Assembly: GCF_048593235.1 (NCBI RefSeq)
Contig: NC_133623.1
Location: forward strand, 71,886,066 to 71,950,065
Direction: 5' to 3'
Length of the DNA stretch: 64,000 nucleotides
Source: Sminthopsis crassicaudata
Lineage: Eukaryota
Shown here: positions 36,419 to 48,269 of the stretch, piece after piece
How positions within the stretch are numbered: the stretch's first letter is position 1
How the letters are laid out: each line of letters begins with the position of its first letter
Translations under genes and position numbers: made by a program
The notes under the pieces: model-generated
The model's input: the letters and a program-made list of their open reading frames with translations, nothing else
The model's database searches: none
Told to the model about the DNA's origin: nothing

Positions 36419-37421
36419 GAAGACATTGTTCCCTTTAGACTAAACTAGGCTTCTAGGCAACTGGATATCCATTACTCCGAGTTCTATCCTCTGAGGACCA
36501 AGAAAAATAAAAACCAGCCTCGTTGTCTGTAATAGAAGAGCCTGTCAGATACATGAAGACAACCCTCATGTTTCCTTTCATCCCTGGCCCACCAATTCTC
36601 CATTTCCACCTTTTCCTCACGCGGGCTTATCTCGAGGCCCCTTGCCGCCTTGGCCATTTACTTGAGTATGTTCTCCTTCTGGTACTGAGGAGACTGGGAT
36701 ACCCACAACTCACCACCTCATAGTCCAGCTGGGCCCTTCCAAGGACACGATGCAGAGCTGCCTCCATCTCCTCCGTCCTGGCCACCGGGACTGTGTTCAT
36801 GCAACCCCAAACCACCTCAACTCTGCTCGCAGGGCACGTTCTTGATACACATGACCCCATCAACCACCAGATTCTTACCAGATAGACTAATGTTTAACTA
36901 GTTCTCCCCGATGGGAGACTTAGGAGATTGTTTTTTAAAGGAAAATTAAGTCATGGCACTGAATCCAGTGCAATTCCATCTTAGAGTTAAAGCTAAATTC
37001 TAGCCAGTCATGTTTAGATTCTGGAAGGGACTAGTGGAAATGAGGATGCTATGTTTGTCTTTGCTTCTGCTGCCTCCTAAAAAGCCTGGCTGTATTACTT
37101 TTGAACACAGTTATTATATAATAGTTTTGTATGTTTCCAACGTCCGCTTTCACTTCCCCAATAACTGTGGGTGAAGTGAGACAGGTGTCGTTATTCCCAA
37201 TTTTCAAAACAGGAAACCGAGGCCCCAGAACCTAAGGTGTCTCAAGGTTTCACAGTTAACAGCTCTAAACGCAGGTTCTCTGACTTCCCACCCAGAATTC
37301 TTTCCAGCACGCCACAGAACATGAGGCACTGAGTTTGGAGAATAAGAGGTGCTGGTGAAAGCTGGTCTCTTTGTGGTCTTATATTTGTTCAACAAAAGAT
37401 GTTTGTGTGTTCTTTTTACAG

Positions 37422-37516
37422 GGCTGTACCCAGGGGAAGCGACAACTTGGATTCATGAACGAAGCAATGAATCTGATAGAAAGTTTGAGCTCTGAATTTA
37501 GTGACAAGTGTGCCAG
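37422..37516 (+). CDS. HAUS7: HAUS7 exon 5 (95 nt) GCTQGKRQLGFMNEAMNLIESLSSEFSDKCA(R)
   Basis: Acceptor tctttttacag, donor AG|GTAAAA. Matches human GCACAQKQLHFMDQLLDTIRSL. Confidence 0.9.
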
Positions 37517-38280
37517 GTAAAAAGCCAGGGGATGCTCTCCTGGGAGATCCTGGAGAGAACTGGTAGAGGGGGTGGGAGTGAGGAGATGCACTTTACACCC
37601 TTTTATTTTGGTTCTGTTCTCTCAGGCTGAGATGTGTAGATTCGCACAGTTGGAAAGGATTGTAGAGGTCATACAATAAAACTTCCCACCCAAGGCAGGA
37701 ATCCAGGCCTGACTTCAGAGGGCGACTCCCCTTCTGTCCCATCAGGGCTTATAGGTGATGAAACTACATGAATAAACAGATACTTAATGAGCAACAGGGC
37801 CTAGCCCTGGGCTCTGGGGGAGACCAAGAACATTATACATGGCCCCTGGTTTCAAAGAGTTAACATAGAGAGAACATATGTTTGTGAAAAATTAAGTAGC
37901 ACTCTGGAAGGAGAGAAAAAAGGATAGAAGAGAAAATAACGCTGGGCAATCTGGAACGGATTGCTCCATGAATGGCCTGGCCAGTGAAGCTCTTAGGGTT
38001 TGGAGGAAGGCTCTTGTCACTGAGCCGGAAGGGTCAGCATGGTTTGGGGACCAATGGGAGCTGGATCGGAGAGGCTGGGCTTCTCGGGAGCTGGGGTTTC
38101 GAATGAAGGCATTTCCTCCATGAAACCGAGGGTTGTCCAAAGTTTGTGTCTGGCACTCAGATGAGGCTGAAGCCTGGTATGGGGAAGGGTGTGGTCCTCA
38201 TTTACCCCACCTCTGACTCTGGGAAATTGCTTTTGAGTTGGATTGGCCTCAGTGGGACATCATCATGATCCCATTTGCAG

Positions 38281-38428
38281 AATGAACTTGAACATCTGTG
38301 ACTTAATGAAGAAAAAAATGATGTTAACAAAATCCAAATATACCTCAGGAGATCAGAGACCCCAAGTCAAACCCTTTCCTTCCAGTAGTAGAGCCCCATT
38401 CTGAAAAGAAGGAAAATGTTTCTGAAAA
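38281..38428 (+). CDS. HAUS7: HAUS7 exon 6 (148 nt as assembled; contains an apparent 1-nt frameshift)
   Basis: Acceptor ccatttgcag, donor AAA|GTATGT. The 3' part in a shifted frame (QEIRDPKSNPFLPVVEP) aligns with human QMLLNPECDPWPLDMQP. The entry frame hits TGA at 38402-38404. Confidence 0.7.
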
Positions 38429-40179
38429 GTATGTGCTTGAGGGCCTGGAAAAGGAACCCCTATGGCTAGAGGCCTCGAGTGGCCTGCAGGTCCAGATGCT
38501 GTAGCTGAGTCAGCGTTCTGCAGCAGACTCATCCTCAGGGATACTACAAAGAATGCTTGACTCTATAACAGATGACTTGGGGACACCAATTTAAGTAAAA
38601 ATCAAAACCACCTAACACAAGTTCCCTCTTGTCCCTGTGGGAGTATCTGCCCCTGTAAAGAAGGGTGACCCAACGTCCATTGGCTCAGGTTGGGCCTTAG
38701 GCCACTGATGCGTTCCGAATCGGTGCCGTAGTGTGGCACATAAATCGCACGAGCTAAGATAGGCTGGTGAGGGGAAGAAGGCTGAGCAGGGGGGAGTCGG
38801 GGGGCAGGAGAGAACAGAGTTTCCTTTCAGGGCTCTTGATAAAAATTCCACCCAGTCTTGGGCGATTGAGAGACCTGGCAGCTTCTCACTACTATCAGTG
38901 TGAGCTCTGGCCAAGAAACCGGAGGTAGCTGGGCCATCTCCCATCATCTGGCCACTGTACCCAGATGGCTCTGGAGGGGAAGGTGAGGCAGGTGACTTTG
39001 CCTGGATTAAATCGAACTCAATGGCATGTCATTGCATCTCCTCCCTGATGTCAAAAACGAAGGGCAAACAACAGCAGCAACAGCGATGACAGCTACAAGT
39101 ACCACCACATCTGGTAGGCCAGGCCACTGTGCCAAGGGACAAGGCTCAATTTTTCTCTGGACTGCCTCAGGCACATAGAAAAGGAGAGCCGCCATAATGC
39201 TGATGACCAGCACGTTTCATGTATCAGAATTTACAAAGGACATGTTCCTTTGGTACTTTAAAGTAAGAGATGTGCAGGTTATTTTTACATGAGAAAACTG
39301 AGGGTGAAGTAGAGGGAAGGACTTGCCCAAGGTCACATAGCCAGTAAAGTGGCAGAGCCAGTTCCCTCTTTTCACAACTCTCCAGCAGGGATCCTGGGGA
39401 CCATCTGGCTGGAGTCACTGTTTGGTCCTCAGCTTTTTAGCAAGCAACAGCCATGTTTCTGGGGCCTAGTACCTAGGAAGCGCTTCACACATACTTGTGG
39501 ATTGAATGGATGGCCTCCTTTTGGGGGAGCCATCTTCCTGGGCCTTGTGCCTTAAGGAGCCCTGCAGTATAGACTGGCAGTGACTGACAGGGCATAGGGA
39601 GAAGCTTTTGTGAGAGGCTGCCCCTTTCCAGAGCCCTAAGCCGCCCCTGCCCCCGCCTAAGATTTTCATACACACAGAGCATCCCTCAGCCCTGCCAAGC
39701 ATCCTCTGTAGAGCATCCCTCAGGCTTCATGTCGCCCTTTTGGAGACACGGGAAGGAACAAAGAGCTCTGCTGCCGCTTTCCTTCCCTCATCCTCCCATC
39801 CCCAACAGCGCTGGTTTTGTGAACGCTTTCTGTCCCTTGCTTGATGTTCTCGTGCTCCCTCCCCGGGGACCTAATGCATGCCCATGGTAGTCACTGGTGA
39901 TTCCTCTTCCTACCTGGAGAGCCCCTCAGAGAAGGGACTCTTCATTTTGTAGCATGGAGTCTGCTTCTGGGAAGGAGATCTGTTCCTGGTCCCCTCCTGC
40001 CCCAAGGAGATCTATTCCTCGTCCTGTCCCGAGAAGGAGATCTGTTCCCCGTCCTGTCCCGAGAACGTTTTCATTCCACCCCTGTGGTCCTTGTACGTGC
40101 CATCACTCTCACCTGACCTTGGCCCCATCTGTTTGTGGGCAGGGGTATGCTTAGGAAGCTGACTTGCTTCTCCTTCCAG

Positions 40180-40294
40180 GCCCGTTCCTTCCAGGCCCTC
40201 TCCTCCCAAACCACTGGGGGCAAAGATCAAGGTGGAAGAGCTTTCTGAAAAACTGAATAAACTCACTGAAATGCTGCAGGCACACAAGGAAGAG
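40180..40294 (+). CDS. HAUS7: HAUS7 exon 7 (115 nt) PVPSRPSPPKPLGAKIKVEELSEKLNKLTEMLQAHKEE
   Basis: Acceptor tgcttctccttccag, donor GAG|GTGAGA. Coiled-coil aligns with human KLAELARQLQESAAKLHALRTE. Confidence 0.85.
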
Positions 40295-40415
40295 GTGAGA
40301 GAAGCAGGGGAAGGAGGAGAGCGCGGGGTCCCCGGGAATGTGGGATGACATGAATTGGGAGAAGATGAGGGACTAGGATAATGGAATTTACCGCTGCCGG
40401 CTCTCCCTCCCCAAG

Positions 40416-40481
40416 GTCCTCTGCCGTCAGGAGGGCACCAGTAGGCTGTTTTCACCAAATCCCGCCGGATTCCCCAAGAAG
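40416..40481 (+). CDS. HAUS7: HAUS7 exon 8a (66 nt) VLCRQEGTSRLFSPNPAGFPKK
   Basis: Acceptor ctctccctccccaag, strong donor AAG|GTGAGT. Phase 0/0 bridges exons 7 and 8b. Only weak similarity to human YFAQHEQG. Confidence 0.6.
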
Positions 40482-41108
40482 GTGAGTAACCCGATTCTGG
40501 GGGAGCTAAAGAGGTGGTTCCATAGAAGCTGGAAGGTGAGATCCCTTTCAGATCTTGGGAAAGCTTTCCACTCCTTAAACACTTCTGTGCGCCAGACATT
40601 GGGGACATAAGGACAGTCAGTTCCTGCCCTTGAGGAGTTTATGTTTATGTTCTGCTGAAGTAACGGTCTCTGGCCTCTGGAATCGAGTTCCTCCAGCCAC
40701 TGACCTGCATTGCTTGCCAACCCTGTGTGTTCCTTACCTTGATTCCCTTTCATATGGGGAACTGGGTTGGCTTGCCTCCCCCACTTGAGTAAAAGGTCAT
40801 TGAGGGCAAGCGTTATCTGCTGTTTGTCTTTGTAACCTGGTGCCTTGTCCTCAGCTGCTGCATCAGTGGGTCCTTCTGTAGCCCCCACAGCGCAGCCCCA
40901 AGAGCCCAGGAAGTATTCAGTCAATACTTGTTGGTTCCACTGGAGCTTGCACACATGCATTCATGCCCATTTGTAAGACTGAGGGAGAAACTGAGGTCCA
41001 CGTGCTGCCTGTTGTATCAGTGTGATCCAAGGCAGTGGGGGAGCCCCCAACAAGGTTCTTGGAAGCTCACAGAGTGAAGGCCTTGATCTCTTGTGTCTGG
41101 TTTTGCAG

Positions 41109-41288
41109 CCTTCTTCCCACTGTGGGAAAATCTCCAGCCAAGGTAGCGGCACCTTATTTCCATTCATAGTTTTCATAGACATTTATGAGAATGAGCTTCA
41201 TGAGTTCTGTGATCACCCAACCCCCAACATCAACCCTTGTGGTCCATTATTTCAATCTATAAATGAGACGCTAATGCTCTTGAACCAG
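41109..41288 (+). CDS. HAUS7: HAUS7 exon 8b (180 nt) ending FIDIYENELHEFCDHPTPNINPCGPLFQSINETLMLLNQ
   Basis: Acceptor ctggttttgcag, donor CAG|GTAAGC. Matches human [39 protein letters not shown]. Confidence 0.92.
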
Positions 41289-41454
41289 GTAAGCCCCATG
41301 TGACCTCCCTCCTGGCCCCTCCCTGATGAACTTCAGTCTGAACTGGGACTTGTCATCAGCTCCTGCAGACAGTAACCTCTATGGTCATGATGATGTTCTC
41401 AGGGCCAGGAGGCTCCCCTCCCCTATTGTCCAGAGTATGTCCCAAAGGAGATTT

Positions 41455-43480
41455 TACCCCCTTTTTTAAATATAAAATTTTATTTACATATTTTGTTTAT
41501 CATATCACTAGCATTTTTCCTAGTATCCCTCCATTTGCTCCTCTCCAAAAGTCATCTCATATTACAAATATTTTTGAAGAATTAAAAAGAGGAGGGGGAA
41601 AATAGCAAAAATGATCAATAATAGAAAAAAATTCCAATGTACACAATGTAATCACATATAGACCTCCCCCCTCTGAAGCTTGCTTCTCATCTTTTTACAG
41701 TCACTCTTCTTTTTTGTAATTTTGTAAAATTCACTTTTGATTGTTTTGTGTTGGATTTTTCTACTTCTGATGTATAGTTATGTTTATTTTTTTCTTGCAT
41801 TTATTTACTTCACCATATCAAATCATGTAAACCTTTCCATGCTGCTCTCCATTCATCATATTCACCATTTCACAGTAATATTCTGTTATATTGATGCAGC
41901 ACAATTTGATTAACCATTCCCCAATCCACGGTCCTTTATTTAGTTTTCATTTCCTTGTTGTCACAAAAAAAGTGCTGCTTTAAATATTTTGGCATTTGGG
42001 ATTTTCTTCTTGTCAGTCACCTCATTAGTGGATATGTCTAGCATTGGAATCTTTTGATCAAAAATTATAGATATTTTAGTCACTTTATTTGCTTAATTTA
42101 ATTGCTTTTCTAAAAGATCATAGTGATTCACAGCTCCACCAACAATGCATTAGTGTGCCTACTGCCTTACTCTCTCCAACACTGACTCTTGCAATTTTCC
42201 ACTATTTTTGCCAATTTGCACGTTGTGAGGTTGTTGCTTGTTGTACTTCAGTCTTTCTTTGATGTACAGTTGTCTTACTGTTTCAATACACATACAATGA
42301 GACCTAAGTTTTTCAAAGTTGCTTGTACATAAACTTTTAAATTTTATGCAATCATCTATCTATTTTACCTCCTGTGAGCTTCTCTATCTCATGTGGAATC
42401 TTTGGCTTTCTCATACACCAAATCATATACATATTCATTTGCTCCTGTATATTACGTACCTAATCTATTCCATTGCTCTATTTCTTATATAGTACCAGAT
42501 TATTTTAATGATTATGTCTTTATATAGTATAGTTTGGTATCTAGTATTGCTAGGCTCCCTACCTTCTCACTTTTTTATAAATTAATTTTTAAATTATTCA
42601 ATTTAATTCAAATTCAATTTAAGTTAATCAGATGAGCTTTGTTGTTTTTGATTAATTCTTTTGGTGGCTCCATTAGTATTTCATTGAATAAGTTAATCGA
42701 TATATACTTTTTATGATTTTAAAAAAGGTCCATTTTTGCCTATACTTCATAAGGTTTTTAGCATAAATGAATGGTGGTGTACTTTATTGGAAACTTTTTC
42801 TGTATCAGATTAATCATGTGGTTTTACAGGTTTTTGTTTTTAGTATGAATATTAACTGTTTTCTTAATGTTTAATCTTTGCATCCCTACTATAAATCCAA
42901 TTTGGTTATGACATGATTTCTTGAATTAACTTCTATCATCCTATTTGACAGGATATTTTAAAATTTTGAAAGTTTTGAGAATAATTTATGTAGTATTTTT
43001 ATGTAAAAAGAATATAAACTTTAAAAGTTTGATGATGTTGTCACATGATTTTTAAAAGCTTGGCACGAACTTCACACCTTGAACAAAATTGCATGTTTAT
43101 CAACAGTTTGTCTTATTTAATTATTCATAATTATTCATTGTTCTATGATTTGTTCTTTTACTCTCTAAGATTTAATTCATGTTTCCTTCAGGTGTGTATC
43201 TTTTCTTTGTGCTCCCTGAACTGCTTATTGTTTTTACTCCATTATGGTCTATAAGATTTGTGATTTGTCTTGTTTCTTACCAAATGTAAAGTTTCCAGGA
43301 AAACAGAAACTAATACAGATGGCATCAAGCCCAAATAGAAACAGATCTTTGTGGACCATGTATTGATTTAGAAAACCACAATGAACATCATCTATTTTGT
43401 ATTGTATTGGAATTTATTTGATTAAACATTTCTTAATTACATTTTAATCCACTTAAGGATGTACTGCATTATAGGCTGTT
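41455..43480 (-). mobile_element. Old, fragmented L1 (3' UTR and ORF2)
   Basis: T-rich antisense L1 text (ccattccccaat..gtgctgct..agtatagtttg..ctattttacctcctgtg). Confidence 0.75.
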
Positions 43481-43857
43481 TGAAACCTGCATGCTGTGGG
43501 AGTTTGATACCTCTGCTATAATCTATGGGAGTATGAACATCACAAAAGAACATGGAAGCAGAAGAAGAATATGGGAACCTGGGGAGAAAGGTGTAGGGGA
43601 AGAATAATGGGGGGTTGTAACACATTGGAAATATTTGGGGCTTTCATGGGAATCCACAAGTAAGGAAGGTCCCCTCTTTTAGGGGGGCTGAGACTGATGT
43701 CTAGCAGACTTGGAGTAGAGGAACAAAACCCTAGTATTAAGGGATTTACCATGGATGATTAGTCCCAGTGGAAGGGATGAGATCCAGGGCAGGGCAGGGC
43801 ATTTTCAGGGCTGACATTCCCAGCATGAAGACATTTGTTTCTGTGCTTCTTCCATAG

Positions 43858-44020
43858 AACATGAAAGCTGTAACTGAAGCAAAAACTACTTCTATGAATG
43901 TGGAACAGGAGCAAGCCTGTTTGAGCGGAGGCGACTGCATGATGACTTTGGGGAGGCAGTCTCTGCTTCCTAAACCAGTGACAACCCAAGCTACACAGCA
44001 TGGCGTCCCCTCCTTGGAAA
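43858..44020 (+). CDS. HAUS7: HAUS7 exon 9 NMKAVTEAKTTSMNVEQEQACLSGGDCMMTLG...; 3' end uncertain (43951 homologous, 44020 first usable phase-1 GT, or stop at 44043)
   Basis: Acceptor cttcttccatag. Aligns with human VMAVADTSAKAVETVKKQQGEQICWGGSSSVMSLA. The homologous donor reads G|GGAGGC. Confidence 0.75.
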
Positions 44021-44987
44021 GTGAATTAGGGACATCTCCCTAATGGCTACGACTCAGTGATACATCTGGCCTACCACTCATCCATAATAGAAAAAAAAAA
44101 TAATGATAATCATTTATGTAGCACTTTAAGGTTTGCCAAGCACTTTGCCAGTTATATGTTGTTCAGTTCTCAATTCTGAAAGGGTCATACTGCTGATTTC
44201 TGAGAAAGTCTTCTCTTAGTTACACAAGGAAGGCTCTAATGGTCCCATCTCAGAATGAAGAGTCTATCTTCTAGATCAAAGGGTACATGAAAGCCAGACT
44301 CATGCTCTAAGCTTTCCATTTTCCATAGAAACTAGCACTCTGTACAAATGCTCATTTTTTATAAATTTAGCTCAGTTCCCTTTATATTTCAGAAGTGACA
44401 TCCTTATCAGAGAAACTTGCTGTGAAAAATTTCCCCCAGTTTCCTGCTTTTCTTCTAATTAATGGTTTTGTTTCTGCAAAAAAACCTTTTAATTTCATGC
44501 AATCGTAATTATCAATTTTGCCGCCACTTATCTTTTATCTATTTATATCCAAATATCTATTATTTGGATATAAATTCTTCCCTGATCCATAGATTTAACA
44601 GATAAATTTTTCCATGTTCCTCTAATTTGCTTATAATAGCATTTATGTCTAAACCATCTATCATTTTGACTTTTATTTTGATATATGATATGAGATGTTG
44701 GTCTTTGCCTAGTTTCTGCAAAACTATCTGGTTTTCCCTGGCAGTTTCTGTCAGATATTGGGTACTTGACCTAGTAGCTTGGATCTTTGTATTTATCGAG
44801 CATTAGGTTATTATTTTCATTTACTATTGAGTATTGTTTACCTAATTTATTCCATGACCTTCCACATTGTTTTTTATCCAGTACTAAATTGTTTTCATGA
44901 TATGGCTTTGTAATAATAAAGTTTAAAAGGCTGCCTTCCTTTCTTATTGTTTTTTACATTTCTTTTTCATTCATTCCCTTGATAATC

Positions 44988-45140
44988 TTTTTTTTTTCTA
45001 TTGCTCAGGCAATTGGGGTGAAGTGACTTGCCCAGGGTCACACAGGTAAAAAGTGTTAAGTGTCTGAGACCAGATTTGAACTCAGGTCCTCCTGACTTCA
45101 GGGCTGGTGGCCTATCCACTGGGCCACCAAGCTGCCCCCC
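44988..45140 (-). mobile_element. WSINE1-like SINE within an old antisense L1 (44330-45450)
   Basis: Poly(T) at 44988, reverse-complement head ending agctgcccccc. Confidence 0.85.
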
Positions 45141-46599
45141 AACCTCCCATATTCTTAACATTTTGTTCTTTCAGTTGAATTGTTATTAGGTTTTCTAGAT
45201 AAATATCTAAATATATAATTTAAAATAATTCCTTGGTAGTATGACAGGCATAAAAATGAGTAACTCAATTAATTTAGGCAATATTGCCATTTTTATTCTA
45301 TTGGTTTGGCCTACCGATTGGTGTTTCTCTAATTGTTTAGATCTTTGTTTGAAGACTGTATTTTGGCAGTTTGGTTCCCAAGTATATTATCTGCAGTTAT
45401 TTTAAGTTGAATTTCTCTTTCTCTTTCTGCTGGGTTTTATATTGAGATGGCTTAATATCTGTGTGTTGAATGAATATATCAGGACCTGGGAATGATCAGG
45501 AGTCCATCTGGGATTCTGGGATGTGGCCCCTCTAAGTGTACTAGAGTTCTATTCTTTCTCTCTTCTCTTGGCTTTGCTTGCAGAGAATTAATTAGATGAC
45601 CAACTATTTAGCCCCTCTGCTTCTCCAAAGCAGGTTAAAGAGGGCAAATCAGCTCCAAGTGTAGGACTGTTTCCAAGAGGAGGAAGAGAAGTAAGGGATG
45701 AAAGAGGGATCAAGAAGGGGAAGTTGAACAGATTTTTGATTCTTTCTGACTCAGTTCCAGTGCACAATGTGGCTTCATTATTTTGTTTGAAGTAGATTCT
45801 TGGAATATCACACTTTGCCAGAGTTTCATAGAAGGATAAAATTCATTCCCAAGTCATGCCAGACTTAGTGGATAATTGAATGCTCTGGTGGTACCCATGG
45901 CCTCTGCTCCCCTCATGGCAGCTGGTTGGGAGATGGCTCTTCCCAGCTCTGGGAAGTTTCCTCATTAGGACAGATTGAACATCTGGCAAGTGCCTTTCCT
46001 TCTCAGCGTTCTGGTTTTCCCACCACTGACATGATTAGTTGTCATCTTGAACTTCTGTGAAGTAGCTCCCTTCCCAATAGAACAAGCAAACAGTACCATT
46101 TCCGGGGTGCTATTGTCCTCTCCTTTTTCAAAGCTAAGCAGCTGCTTTGGGGTAAGACTGTCAGTTTTTCCCCTCTCCCTAATCCTGTCCCTAAAAGAAT
46201 GTTAAAAAGTCAGGGTCACACGTGGACAGAAAGGATCCCAGATCCTCGAATGGCTATTTACTAGAGAAGGGACATCAGGCAAGCCTCTATACCTCTCTGA
46301 GCTTCAACTGAGTCACCTAGACAAAGGGGTTGGACTAATGTTTGATAAGGTCCCTCCCAGCTCCAAAAATCTGGCCCAGGAGGAAAGTGCTTTGAAAACG
46401 TTCCTGGGAGTGGTATTTTGTATCTTTGGGGGCAGCGGGTTTGGGGCTGCCGTATTCATTCGACAAAGGTGGTGGGTCTCGTGCTCAATGCTGGGAATAC
46501 GAGTATTGTCGAGGACTCAGACTACCACGAAGGAGCGGCTATTTTACTGGCCTGGGATGGGGGCAAGAAGGGCCGGTGTAGTCCCAGATACTTGGACAT

Positions 46600-47700
46600 T
46601 TTAAGGTGGCATTCAAGAAGAGAGCGAGACAAAACGAAGATCGGTAAAGGGAGAGCCTGTAGCTCGGGGTGGGGTCGGCGTGGCAGAGTGGGAGATGGCA
46701 TGGAGGCCATCAGGAAAGACTGGACCCAAGATTTGGCACCTGAACAAAGAAGGTTCAAAGGCCGAGGGTGAGAGGAGGACATGCCAAGTGTGGGGGCGGG
46801 GGGAGACAACCTAGGCAAATAGCTAAAGGCTGGAGAGGGGCTGCTGAATTCAGGGGGCAGCTAAGAGTCCAGTTTGGCTGGAATTTCACCCTGCCGGGTG
46901 AAATAAGCCTGGACAGAGGATGGCGAGATTGTGGAGGACCTTCAAAGCCAGGCTGAGAGTCCCTGTTCCATCCTGTAAGTGGAAGGGAGCCACGGGAGGA
47001 TGTGGAGCAATGGAATGCCCTGATCAAAACCGTGCCTTAGGAAGCTTCTTTTGGCAGCCTGATGAGTGAGGCCTCGGACAGGGCAGACCCTGGAGACGTG
47101 ATCTCCCCGGGGACGTGGCATCGGTCCTCCGGGAGAGAGGCCGTCCAAGGCACATCTAGTCCACGTTTCCTCCATCCTTGTAGAATGAATGGGAAGCCAT
47201 GAGAGGCTGAATCAGGGAACCCAAAGAAGGGCAGGCAGGTGTCAGGAGAGAGCAGAGGGGGAGGATGGTTGTAGAACTTTGATTTTTATTGGATCATGGG
47301 GGTGGAGAGAAGGAAGAGTCAAAGACTGGATCAAAGGGGCTGGAGCATGGAGGTGCCCTCAACAGAAAAGGGGGAGCGCCTGTAGGGAGGAAGATGAGGA
47401 GGCACGCAGCCTTGACTTCAGTAAGTCTCAGGGGCCACCGGGGCCTCCCCGGAGGTAGTGGCCTAGGGGCAGAGCTGCAGGTGAGAGATGAGAGGGAAGG
47501 AGATGCCTTAGGCCGGGATGTGTAGGTTTCAGGGTCACCTGCATAGAGCTGAGGGAACCTATGGAAGGGAAGGAGCTCACCGAGGGAGAGGAGAAGAGGG
47601 CTTAGAACACCCCCCATTCTAGGGAAGCCCCCAGTTAGAGAGCAAGGAGGAGGACAATGAAGACAACTGAGAGACTGGCCATACAGGTAGAACCTGTAAG
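46600..47700 (-). mobile_element. L2 fossil (CpG-rich)
   Basis: Antisense L2 blocks (gattgtggaggaccttcaaagccaggctgag; gggagccacgggagg; gagaagagggcttagaacacccc). Confidence 0.7.
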
Positions 47701-48125
47701 GGTCAAGTCATGGAAACCTCACTGGGGAGAGCCTGGCGTGGGGTGGGGTGGGGTAGGTTTGGGATGGGCTCAGTGACAGATGTTGCAGTGGTTTGTAGGG
47801 GGAGGGAGACTCGACAGAAGCCCTTGGAGGGCCTCAATGACCTTTAGGGGGAGGGGATTCAGTAGAGTGGGGGCTCCGGGAGCAGTCAGTGGGGGCTTAG
47901 GAATCACCAAAGGTCTTTCTCAGACTCAGCAGGTCGGTGTCAGGGTCCACGGCAAAGCTAGTTTTCTTTGCCTGGGGCTTGGGTTCTCAAGCTGGGGAGC
48001 TCTGAGCGAGCTTTGGACACTGGGAAGAGAGCCCAGCTTGGGGCCGTTAGGGGGCAATGCTCCATGGGAGCAAGAACCCCGCACTCCTGCAACTTCTTAA
48101 TATTCTCTCTTCTCCCCGTTGCCAG

Positions 48126-48199
48126 CTGAGAAAATGAAGGCGTTAATGCAGAAATATGAACTCCTCCAAGACAGTCCTCAGACATCCAATGCAGTATGA
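48126..48199 (+). CDS. HAUS7: HAUS7 terminal coding exon (x)EKMKALMQKYELLQDSPQTSNAV*
   Basis: Long pyrimidine tract with gccag acceptor, phase 1. Matches the human C-terminus ATKMNELMEK. Confidence 0.85.
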
Positions 48200-48269
48200 A
48201 CAAAAGCTAAGCATCCATCCCTCAGTCCTCAGCTCCTTGTGTTTGGGAAACGAGGGGGAAGACGTTGGT

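Noticed and set aside
38831-38924. Alternative candidate for HAUS7 exon 6 (LLIKIPPSLGRLRDLAASHYYQCELWP)
   Set aside because: Entry phase 1 is incompatible with exon 5, and similarity to human is poorer than for 38281-38428.
46338-46604. ORF with an apparent transmembrane helix (TFLGVVFCIFGGSGFGAAVFI)
   Set aside because: No partner exons or recognisable family; it sits in HAUS7 intron 9 next to L2 sequence and is probably chance.
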